A DNA stretch of 63,752 bases, filler included, from Hausera hauseri (Eukaryota), in the NCBI GenBank assembly GCA_046269625.1. It is 11 parts of 11 records of this genome, joined end to end, with 100 filler letters (N's around TTAATTAATTAA, not from the genome) between each part and the next. Parts side by side here need not be neighbours in the genome. Positions count along the whole stretch, not along the records: positions 16,445 to 26,030 come from JBJURY010337713.1; positions 26,131 to 34,343 come from JBJURY010726546.1; 9 more parts are not named here. The stretch is one strand, 5' to 3'. Positions 21,451 through 33,100 of the stretch are shown here, piece after piece. Below the pieces are notes generated by a model that saw only the letters and a program-made list of their open reading frames with translations, had not been told where the DNA came from and searched no databases. The position numbers were made by a program, and so were the translations under genes. The first letter of the stretch is position 1, and each line of letters begins with the position of its first letter.

Positions 21451-23199
21451 GGCACGTATTGGATTTTTTCATTGAAAGAAAGGTAAAAAACCTACGTCAA
21501 ATTATAAACTAATTGTTGAAAAACACGAAGTTGAAAACACAACTGCGAGTAATATTTACATTTTTGCATCACACATGTTACAATGAATGAAAATATCTTT
21601 CCGTTGCAAAGTAACACGCTCAACCTTCTCGTTATGCATCAAAATGGATTTCTGGATCAATGTATTACTTTCTTTAGTTGGCTGAATGGATGATTTGGTT
21701 AGAAATTATTGTTATTTTATTACAAGTCAGTGGTAAAATTCTTGATTCTATGTCAAAGATTCAACGGCGAAACGACTTCTTTGTCAGTGCCTACCCTGAT
21801 TCTTGTAAAGCTTTGCTTTACAAGAAAAAGCAAATAAAAATGTCAAAAACAAAAAATAATAATACTTCGCCATATTCAATAATGTTAAAAACAAGTAAAT
21901 TCACGTATTCGACCTAGTCAAAAAATATCAAAAAGAATAAATTAACAATCGCGAATTCATAAAATAAACGACAAATCACAAAAATCATAAAAAATCAGCA
22001 AAATCATTACAAGTGCCGAAAACCAAATTCACTACCGAAGTGGTCAGCGCTGTAATCAGTAATTATAATCAGTAACAAGGTTGTCGAAAAATCCCGTTAG
22101 TACTCTGACGAAGATCTTAATAAGGTCTGAATATCAGTTTCGAAAAAAGTTGCAACATTATTGTCCTCAAACAGATGTATCACTTTATATTATACAGTTT
22201 AAATCCACAGATGAATAAAATTAGTTAATATTTTAAAAAATCTTTCACTGTCGAAATAATCAATATAATAATACGAAGAATGTCCGAAAATATTCGAAGA
22301 AGTAGCTATCCAAGAAAACGTCAGCAGGAAAAACCGAAAGAATTCCGCTTATGTTAACTGCAAATAAGAGACAAGGTGAAACGTTCACCAACGAGAGGAC
22401 TTCGGCGAGCCGAACACAAACGACGATCAGACCTGGTGAATCGATCGCCAGGGTCAATGGCCACCTCATAATGGGGTATCGAATACCAAAAATTCCCCGA
22501 CACGCGCCCACTGAACCAGTCATACTGATTGATGGCAGTAGTTCACCTGGTGAACCTGCTACAAAAAACAGTTGACCTGCGAACTGAGCCGCGGAGACGA
22601 CAACACCGAACAGACCGACGGCCCAAACCGTACTGATCTTACTCGCAAGGTACGGGAGCTACTCCAGCGAAGCCGGTTTATACGGCATCTCACCAATCTC
22701 CTGGTGGGGATCACATCATCTGGCGAGAACTGGAGATGAAGACGAGCGCAGGCTGTTCCATTCCATCAGCTCCTTTTGTGGTACCACAAGTTTTCCTCGC
22801 AATACTCAGGTCGCAGTACCCCGCATTTAAAATGTTCTCCTGACCAGGCGGATTTGTATAGCAGCATCGAAAAACAAATAGGAAAATCAGCACCAGAACT
22901 TTTATTGAGATAGCGGCAACACCAATTGGAGAAGTTCGATCAACTCACAAAATAAATAACGTTTTCAACGACACAATTGTTCCTAAAATTTAAAAAATCT
23001 GTCAAAATCAAGCAGGTCAGATTCTGAAGCAATTCTCAAAAAATTCTATAACAGACTGTGGAGTTTCGAACTAATTTTATATTCATTATACAATTGATTG
23101 TGTAACGGAACAAATTTAGATAATGTTGCAATATAGTGTTTTAAAACTGTTGGGTAATTGAGCGAATCGAAAATTTTAAATTCGTTGGATCGAAGATTT

Positions 23200-23400
23200 C
23201 GGTAATTTATGCCTTTAGTGAATCAAAAATTTCGGAAATTCTGCAATGTTTTGGTGTATTGAAAATCTGGCCAATTCTGCAATAATTTTGGTAAGTCAAA
23301 AATCCCGGCAATTCTGCAAAATTTTCGGTGAATTGAAAATCAAGGTAATTCTGCAATAATTTTATAGATCAAAATAATTTTGGCGATTCCGTACTGTTTT
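23200..23400 (+). repeat. Degenerate minisatellite, unit about 36 bp, about 5 copies
   Basis: Recurrent TTTTGGTGAATYRAAAATYYNGNAATTCTGCAAT. Confidence 0.7.
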
Positions 23401-26130
23401 CGGTTAGAATAAGTCTCTACAATGTGATTGACTTTTAGAAAATTCTTTTCTGACAATAAAGCAGTCACCAATGGACTTTTGAATGAACTTTGTTGAAGTC
23501 AAACTGAGTCAAACTGTAACTGAGTAAGAGTAAAACGCTGGGCCTGGTTATTTTGCATTTTGTTCCGAAATTTTCTGAAAGTAAAAGGAACTGGTAATTC
23601 CGTCATATCGAATTCACGGCACTTGTTTATAATAGAAGGTAAAAGGAATTATTTACAATTAGGTGATATTCATGCTTACAATTACTCGTGCTTATTTACA
23701 AATAATATGAGGAAAATTTAGTATTTGAAAATTGTTTGAAAATGTGATATCTACAAATTGTTGAAAGACTGGAGTTTGGCTGGGAAATAAATGATAGTAT
23801 AACGGACTAGGTAACATTGGGCCGGTGTAAAGTGGACAAATTGAGATGGGTAGTTGTGGTGCCCACCGTCAATTGCGGTCCCTGGTCCATTTTGACCGGG
23901 CACAGCCGGGATGGTGTTTTCACCCAGGTTGTATCGTTGTTCGTGGCCGGTCACTTGTCTTCGTGGGGTCTTGCCGTTGGAAGGTCTTTGTGTAATTGTT
24001 GTTTCATAATCGCATGAACAGCTGGAAATAGACGTTTATTGAACACTTGGCCAAATACACAACTTTCACCGTTCTGTTGAAAAATGATTCAAATCTCACA
24101 ACAAAACGAAAATCAAACCGAAAAATTTAAATAAAAGAAAGTCCAAATTAGCAAACGTCCACACAGGTTCAACTTTAAAGTACAGCCTAAATCCTTCTGA
24201 ATAAAACTCAGGCCTTTTTCAAACACCTTGCTCAAGGTAAAACTCAAACACCTTCTCATTGTGTTAGGAGGGGAGGGGACTGGGAGGAACAGGTCTCCCC
24301 GTTCAACATGCTGCCCCCCGTGAACTCTCTCCACAACAACTGGAAGGTGAAAAAAAAAAAAGACTGCTAGACCCTTTTTAAAGCAAGTCCTGTGACTTTC
24401 CTGTGGCACCATCCCCCTGCTACCCTGAACAGGAACAAGCAGGCAAAGAGGATAAAGGAATGAATTATTTGACAGATATCAGCTTTCTAAGGGGGTAAAA
24501 CTCACATCTACTCAGCAAAACAATTACTGACACACTGTCCCATTTCTTCTAAAAAGGACGCTCCACAATACACTCATTAGACATGACACGATGATCAATA
24601 AGTCAAGTAGAAACACCTGATTGTTTTAAATGACATGTTGAAAACATGTGGATGTTAAACTGACACATACGAAACACCTGACTGTTAATACTGATGAATA
24701 AACACGGGTGTCCAACTCATTATCTATGACGTCACCTAACTATATGACACAGTGATGCACTCCCATATGCAGATAGTCTAATGTGAATCTGTTAATGATC
24801 TCTGAGATCAATTATAATTTCTCTATAAAAACTGATGTGTACATGCGTACCCGGTTATGTCCTCAGGTTTTTTGAGGGTACCTGAGACAGTCACGCTGGT
24901 CTTATGAGTGTGAAAGTAGGTTTAAAATAGTGTTTTTGAAGTTGTCAGAAAGATTCAGACATCTTCAAAAATCAGAGATATTCAAAAAAGTTCAAAAAGT
25001 ACATCTGTACCGGATCATGCCCGACAGAGATTAAGTTAAATCATTTCAAACACTAACAAAAGTAACAATCCGAAAATCCACCAGACGCACTCAAGCTTAA
25101 AATTTTTGTTCAGGTTTATTCGGTGAAAACATTCACCAACATTCACTAAACAAAGTAACCATAACCACACTCAGACTTTTAAGATATTAAAATTATAATG
25201 AGGTCTTCAACTAACTGCATATTGACTTGAATAAGCCACTGGCTCTCAAGACGTTTCAAAACCTGTGTTTATTTGACATCTCCATCGGAGCTCGATCTCG
25301 TTCCGAACCCAAACTCAGGTTTCGAATTGAATAGATCAGTTCAATTCGAACTTTTTATTTTGTCGGTAAAATCTGCATTCCATTCGGTAATATTTTGTAT
25401 TATTTTTCGGGCTTAATATTCAAGCATTGCTGTATTTTAATAAAATACATTTAGTTTATCCTGGAGTTTTGGAAATCATTTATAGCTAAAACTAGAGCTA
25501 TTTGTCAAGAAGAATATTTTCCTTTATCCAGAAGGAGGTACCTTTGCAAAAAAATTGCACAGGAATTGCAAGTGACAGATTTTAAAAATTTTGAAAGATT
25601 TGTTTTTAATCTTCTTAAATAATTTTAAATTAATCCTAGCTAAATAAAATCGCCTGCAGCCGAAGCACTAGTAAGCTACGCGACTCACACAAAAATATTC
25701 TTAAAATCAGACATTAAGAAACATATAATTCTTTCTCTTTTGCGATAAGTATTCTTGTATACATATACATCTAAACTGGAACATATAAAGGTTCTATCAA
25801 AAAGAATAGAAGCAATATTGCAAGAAGTTGTTGACATTAACGATGATCATTGATCAGACCTAATGTCAGTCTGGAAGTCTGAATCTGCTGCAAAAAAATT
25901 TTTATTAGAATCGATGTACTGATTTCATTGTTCATTGTTTTCGATGGTAACAAATTAAAAACATATTGCAATATTTGACAATGTAGTATTTCTGATTACT
26001 ATGTAAAGCAATAATTATAATCTGAAACTTNNNNNNNNNNNNNNNNNNNNNNNNNNNNNNNNNNNNNNNNNNNNTTAATTAATTAANNNNNNNNNNNNNN
26101 NNNNNNNNNNNNNNNNNNNNNNNNNNNNNN

Positions 26131-28652
26131 AATTCATCCTCAATTTGCTTCTTACTGTGCTTGACTGGTAAAGGTGCTCTATCACCTCGTAGAAATCTCG
26201 TTAGAAATTTTCTTTCGGCTTCACTTCCTATGAATAAAGGTTGGTAATCCTCATTGGATCCAATTACAAGTGTTTCACTCTCATTAAAGTTGTGCCTTAT
26301 GTTTACTAAGTCCACATATAGTATTTTCTCTATTAATTGTGGTATGGATAACAGTCTTAACTCATTCATAATTATCAACTTATGTATTTGACTCTTCATA
26401 CAGGTTGAATGTATACCACATCTATAATTCCAGGCCTTAGTTAATTCGTGCATAGGATTATACCATGGCAGAGTTAATCCGGATACGTTCATTATTTCAT
26501 CAAATATTCTTAGTCCGGAACTATAAATTCTCCTTTCGTTTTCATATCGTTCTTTAAAGGATTTACCTTCAATTAATGCTTCCTTAGCTAGCTGACATCG
26601 AAAGCTAGTAAATAGCAATAGATTATCTTTCATAGGATGAATATTGGGGTTATATTTTGATTTTTTTTGATATTGTTTAAAATATTTCTTATACATGTCA
26701 AGGTAAAATGATATGAGTTCTTTTCTTAAATGATCTGACGAACTCCATAAATAATTTGCATACTGAATACTTTGATGAATGTCCCAGTTGTTTCTTTGAC
26801 GGGATGTTATCTCATTTTGATACATTTCTGGCATACTTTCTCCGTTCATTTTAAGTCGTTTAATACGTTCTTTCCATTCCAACTGCATTATATGCGTTTG
26901 TCTAAGGTCATTAATCATTATTCTTTTGTCTGGGGCTTGATCAAGTGTAGTTACAGGGATTCTATTATTCAAAGGTAAGTGAGCTACTCGATTAGCGACG
27001 GTATATAATTCGTATTCCTCCGTTGATAATTCGTGTCGTTTTCTACGAAGCTTATTTATATGACGAAATATTGGAACGACTTCGTTAACAGTCAAATATG
27101 GGTGATCTGTTATTGATTCTACCCCTTGGGCGATTAATGCTATGATTATTTGTGTCTCTTCCGAGAGTACGTCAAAAGGAGAATAAATTTCCTCTTTTAT
27201 ATAGTTGATTATGTCTTCATTTTGAGTTATTAATTGTAAATAGTGTTGATTAAGTTTCGGATCTTTAGCATAAATAGCCAGGTTTAACTGAACTGAGGTA
27301 TTCAGATTTAACCATCCTTCATCTTGTTCAAATCCTCTAACGAAGACTTGTTGTTCTCCTTTATCTTCTTGTATTCTTTTACGTTCGTAACTCTCTATTT
27401 GCCGAGATAACGGTAGGTGTGGATCTATGGTAGAGCTTTGAGATTTGTTTACTTCTAATTGTTTAATACAGTAATTATCTACGTGATCAGTGTTTTCATG
27501 CTCAAGTGACAAGGATTTATTAATCGCTATCTCCTTTAATTGTGCTGTGGTTCGACGTTTTATTAATTTTGGTTTGATAGTTGGGACTTCTTCTATTACT
27601 GTATGTCCTTCGATCGGAGTAATGTCCTCATCACCACTTGATTGTTTGGTTGTTTTCATATGGAACATTAGATTAATAAAGATTAACAATACCAACCAAG
27701 TCAACGAACTTTCTGGTATATCTTTCGGTATCATTGGAGCGGCTTCTGCTGTTCCAAATAATATAAATGGAATAACGAGTAATATTAATATCGGGTAAGT
27801 TAATCCGATACCAATTGTATTGAACTGGTTACTGTTAACTGATATCTGTTCATTTATTTCTTTTTCTTCATTAGTATTCGAAATGCTTTCCTCAGTAGGT
27901 TCAAATTTATTCATGTCGGTGTTAATACTACTGGTTATCTGATTGTTAGGGTTATTACTTCTAACTGCTGCCCAGAAGGCATCGTTCTCTTCCTTGAAGC
28001 GTTCATCCGTGTATTCCTCCATTTTGGATAACTTTTTATTATAGTGTAACCCTAAGATTCGCTCGTCAAAAGCATTTGATCCTCGGAGACTCCTTGTCAT
28101 AACTGCTGCTGTTTCTTTATTATTACCTATCCTTTGTCTGCAAGTGTTTATTATTCTTTTTCTTTCTTCTTTAAATGGTCTAGCTATTTCGTCATTATCA
28201 GGTAGTTCAAAAAATATTATATGATACCGTATTGCATTTAACTTACCCGAAAATCCACTTGCGTTTACTGTATCAAATTTATCTATATCCATATAATCCT
28301 CCGGGGTTAAAATGGTGTTCACATTTCGTTCTAAGTAATCGTTCCATACTATCCGTGCTTCGTCTTCCTCAAAAAGTTTTATATCTTTTCGAATAAGATC
28401 ATCCTTTATGGCCATGAGTATCTAAGTCATCCAACATTTAATCGCATAAGCTTCAGACTGAGAATTAGCATTCAACTCTTCACCATAATGTTTAAACAAG
28501 TCCAGACATTGATTAGCTACCTTTGATATTCTTTTAGAAGTTCTACTTGCTATTAATTTCGTGGATAGTCTTTGAAGATAGTTAGTTACATTAGTTATAG
28601 CAAATGAGTCAGTCATATCAGTTACATTGAATGACGGTGGTCTTTTTTGCAA
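26131..28652 (-). CDS. Giant modular polyprotein, part 3 (76-aa and about 760-aa frames separated by one stop; runs off the contig edge)
   Basis: KCWMT*ILMAIKDDL...WNDYLER...GKLNAIRY is the third copy of the repeat domain. It also has a third signal/TM unit and a fourth PLFIGS motif. Confidence 0.82.
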
Positions 28653-30070
28653 AGTTGAGTGATTAGCATACGTTCTCTTCGACTTCCGATGAATAAGGGT
28701 TGATATTTATTTCTGTCTCCATATACTATACTTTCTTCATATGTTAGGTTATGCTTTTCTATTAGAAAATCGAATGATCGTAAGCAACGAGTTATTTGTA
28801 GTATTGAATGGGTTTCTAATCGGTCCTTTATTAACAATTCGTGTTTTGGATACATAGGTTCATTACCTAATATTCCCATCGTTTCGTTCCATGTTCCTAT
28901 CATAATTTTAACTGGTTGTAACCATATAGGTTGTAATTGTATTTCCCTTATAACTCGTTGTAGTAAACGAAATCCTTGGTAATACATCCTAGTTTGAAAA
29001 TCTACCCATGGGTTGAATTGCACATCGTCTATCGGAATCTTGTATGAGTTGTATAGAAGACTGGATATTAAAAGTAGTTGATAATCATAGGTTGATTTCC
29101 CAAGGTCTATTCCTGTTTCATGTCTTAATCGATTAAAATATGACTCATATAAGATCATGTACAGTTTCATGAAATTTTCTTTATCCTCGTAAGGTAGTTG
29201 ATCTATGCTACCTTGTAATAACAGACAGTTAACAATATCTCTACTCCGTTCTCTAGGTGTTTCCCCATATATGCGAAGTTTTGTATCAGGATAATCAGGA
29301 TTGAGTAGAGCGGCATATTCGGTTTTTGGTTCAATATCATCTAACCATTGTTCGTTTCTGTCGGCTATAATGCGTAGATTCTTTATAGTATTTGGAATAT
29401 TTTCCTCTTCTGAACATATTCTTGTTGAACTTACTGGAAAGTGTGGTGGTTGATATACTAATCTATATAGCACTTGGTTCATTTCTTCCCTCAGTGATGG
29501 AAGATTCGCTGGGTTTACTCTTAAACTATTTACTAATCTAAAATAGGGAATTATTTCATTAGCCATTGTATAATTATGTATTCCTTTAGGGTATAGCGTC
29601 TTCGCTATGATAGTTAGAATCGTCTTCGTCTCGTGTGTCGTTTCCTTGGGTGCCAAATTAATATCTTCTCGTATTGCTTTTATTAGCTCCGGTGCTATAC
29701 GTTTATTAGTTTTATATGGTTCCCATTCACACCCATTTTTATTTAATTCTTCCATAACTTCCTTTAGTGATTTTGGTAACTTTCTCCATTCTTCAGTGTC
29801 AACATAGTTTTTTCGTAATATTCCTTTAGGACAACTATATCTCCCTTTCTTCGAAGGAGGTTTATATGTAGAATTAATATCTTCCCAATCCTCTCTTTGA
29901 CCTGGATATGGTAATCTTTTTTCTAAGTGAAAAGAGCATTCGTGAAGTTTATTCTTTTTTCTATATTCTGTCATTATGTGTATTAGACTAGAATAGCCAT
30001 CGCCAAACTGTGTTTGTTCTTCGTGCTGTTCCTCCGGTAATCGTTGATCTAGAGAAAGGTTTAGTTGCAT
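28622..30070 (-). CDS. Giant modular polyprotein, part 2 (482 aa), probably joined to part 1 before a stop and frameshift
   Basis: Same strand and composition as part 1. It ends with YQPLFIGSRRERML, homologous to the motifs in part 1. Confidence 0.8.
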   Translation of the reverse strand: MQLNLSLDQRLPEEQHEEQTQFGDGYSSLIHIMTEYRKKNKLHECSFHLEKRLPYPGQREDWEDINSTYKPPSKKGRYSCPKGILRKNYVDTEEWRKLPKSLKEVMEELNKNGCEWEPYKTNKRIAPELIKAIREDINLAPKETTHETKTILTIIAKTLYPKGIHNYTMANEIIPYFRLVNSLRVNPANLPSLREEMNQVLYRLVYQPPHFPVSSTRICSEEENIPNTIKNLRIIADRNEQWLDDIEPKTEYAALLNPDYPDTKLRIYGETPRERSRDIVNCLLLQGSIDQLPYEDKENFMKLYMILYESYFNRLRHETGIDLGKSTYDYQLLLISSLLYNSYKIPIDDVQFNPWVDFQTRMYYQGFRLLQRVIREIQLQPIWLQPVKIMIGTWNETMGILGNEPMYPKHELLIKDRLETHSILQITRCLRSFDFLIEKHNLTYEESIVYGDRNKYQPLFIGSRRERMLITQLCKKDHRHSM

Positions 30071-30194
30071 TTCTACCGATGGTAATTTTGAAGGTACTTC
30101 CTGAGTATGGTCTTCTTTGTTCCTATCGACTTTATCTTTCGTTTCTTTGTCTTTTGCCCAAAAATTTATTGTCTGTTATTATGCGGAATGTTTT

Positions 30195-33100
30195 CTATGA
30201 CAACTCATCTTCCTGTATTTCTTGGTTACAAATATATTCTTCACGCTCCCTTTCAAAAGGTTCGGCTAATGCTTGATCGTCATTCAACATGCAAAACAAC
30301 ATCCTATATCGTAAGGCATTTAGATTGCCTGTCAATCCTTTTTCATTTATTCGTTCCAGCCGATTGATTTCAATACTATCTTCCTCTGTTAAGGGTGTAT
30401 CTTCATTTCTAAGTAGGTAACCATTCCATAATATTCGAGCTTCTTCTTTTTCCATTTCCTCTACCTTTTCTTTCGTTAATTCGTCTTTTATTGTCATTAA
30501 TACGTAAGTCAACCAACAATTAACCACGAATAGATCGGATGTTGTCTTATTTACCAATTCTGCTCCGAAATTTTTATACAGGCCAATACATTTCTTCCCT
30601 ATTTTCCTAGCTTTCTCTTGATTTATAAATTTTTCACACATTGGGGATGTTTGCCGTAGTAGCATAAACATGTCTATATTAGGTAGTTGTAGTTTTTTCT
30701 CATTTGTAGTATTAATGAAAAGAATTCGGTCTTGTGCACTACCAATAAACAGAGGTTCATACTTTCTTATATACTTATAATCGGAATGATTCGATGTAGA
30801 TGGAGTTTCTTTATACAATTCAAAATTATTATTATAGATTCGGTTTGTTTGTGGTCCACTATTTATCCTTAAAATTCTCACTAATTTGTCATAGTTCGTA
30901 CAATTTTTGAATGTTTGATGACCATAGGGAAATCGGAAAGAGGATTCCATTGCACTTACCTTAGGTTCGTCAATTATGAGAATTGTTTTATCCATATCAT
31001 CAGGTATTTCAAATCCTTGTTTACCACGGCGTCTATCCCGATTGAAATTTGGGGCGCACACTATCCTTTGTCCCCCAAAACATTTATCCCAATCGAATTT
31101 TAGAGCGCTAACGATCCTTAAGAATTCCATACTAGTCAAAATACACAATCCCTTGCTAGGTATTGGTCCGATATTTATGGGTTTTTTAGACTCCCCTTGT
31201 TCGGGTATCTTTACAAAATTATCCATCTCGATATTATTGTTTGGTTCCATTAAGTCATCATTTCCTTCAACTTCGCTATTGTCGCATAATGAGTCCTCAT
31301 TTTTCTCCATTTTTGAAGGTTCTTCACTGAGATAAGTACATGTATTTTGCTCTTCGAAAATGTCTAATTGTTGTATCTCTTTCGTCGTATCACTCAATTT
31401 CCTTTTCTTTTTATCTCGTTTTGATTGACAATTATTTATTACATCCTCTCGTTCCTTTCTATACATTTCAACCTTCTGATGGTTATCATCTAGTAGACAG
31501 AACAGTAACCGATAACGTAATGCATTTATTCTGCCTGACGTTCCTCTAGCGTTTACTTGTTCCACTTTGTCGATTTCTTCTCTATCTTCCTTAGTTAGTG
31601 ACGTATGTATATCTCTATATAGATAAATATTCCACAAAATTCGGATTTCATCTTCTTCCATTTCTTCTATTTCCTCCCTTTTTAATTCATCCTTTATTGT
31701 CATCAATGTATAGGTCAACCAACAGTTGATTATGAATGCATTAGACGTTTTTGTATTCACCAGTTCACCTCCAAAATTTTGGAATAGTCCAATACATCTT
31801 TCTCCTATTTCTTTAGCTTTTTCTTGATTTACATACTTACTGCATAATGGAGATGTTTGTTGTAACAAAGCAAGTGTATTATTAGTAGAAATTCGTGGGA
31901 TTTCTTTTCCGAAATAATAAATAAGGAATTTTCGTTCCTGCTTACTACCAATAAACAAAGGTTCGTATCTTGATAAATGGTTTAAGCATTTCGATATGAT
32001 CCACTGCTTCTCATTATCATTAGCATCATAATCAGCCGGTTCAGGTTTACTTAATTTCCAATTAATGGTATGAATATACTGGATCAGTTCTATCGGAGTA
32101 AATGTTTGGGCAGATAGCAACCTCATTTCGCATATTTCCCTTAGATCCTTTGCTAATTTATCGTAATTTATGCAGTTGTGTATTGATTGATACTCATAAG
32201 GGAACTCTAAGGGTGATTGTCTCAAACACTCCAATTGCTCTTGTATCGATGTATTAGTAGATGTACAACTAGATATTATTTCCGTATCTTCCGAAGGGAC
32301 TTGATTTGAAAATTTATCCGTTTCCTGGTTAGCAATATGGGTTCCTTCTTGTTTTTCATCATCGAGTGTACCATTCAAGGAATTTGTGACTTTTATTGGT
32401 TTTTTGCATTTGGAGAGACGTTCATAAGATTCGTCATCATTGTTACTAAAGAATTTACTCATCATCAACAACGAAAATACCCATAACAATACTGAAGTCC
32501 ATGAAGAATTAGAGCGATGGGATACAGTCTCGACTGCCTCTGTTGCACTAATCATGGAGAGCAAACATATTCCCATAAGGAATAACGTTCCCAGGGAGAA
32601 TGTGGAGTAACTCTTGATACCTGATGATTCTCGTTTTCTATTTTTTTCTTGGAGGTCTTGAATGTGCATTGCTCTTGTTTCGTTAGCTATCTCGTCCATA
32701 TATTTAATGCTATTACCCGCAAATTGTAATCGATCTATTTTCATCCACTGTTCAGGGGGAAGATTAATATCTAGAGGCTGTCCCATTCTTCTGTTCCAAA
32801 CTCGTTTAACTTCCTCTACCCCATTAATAAGTTCTCTGCCTCCTATATTTATGTTATGATGTTTAAAAATTTTTATTGCTTGACTAGCGGCTACATAATC
32901 ATGATACTGTAATTTTCCTGGGCTAGCCAGATCAGGAATCGTATAATACACTTCTTCGCAGCTTATTTTCAGGAAAAATGTGTCCAATGCGGTTGATGCA
33001 TTAAAGTCTAATTTTAGGTCTTCGCAAACTAATTTTATTATGGGTCTATATTGTTCATCTGTTATTCCGCACTTCTCGTGGTATCTGCTAAGGAAATCTC

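Noticed and set aside
24830-25035. Possible non-autonomous piggyBac end (...CCCGACAGAGATTAA)
   Set aside because: I found no matching left terminus in the contig.
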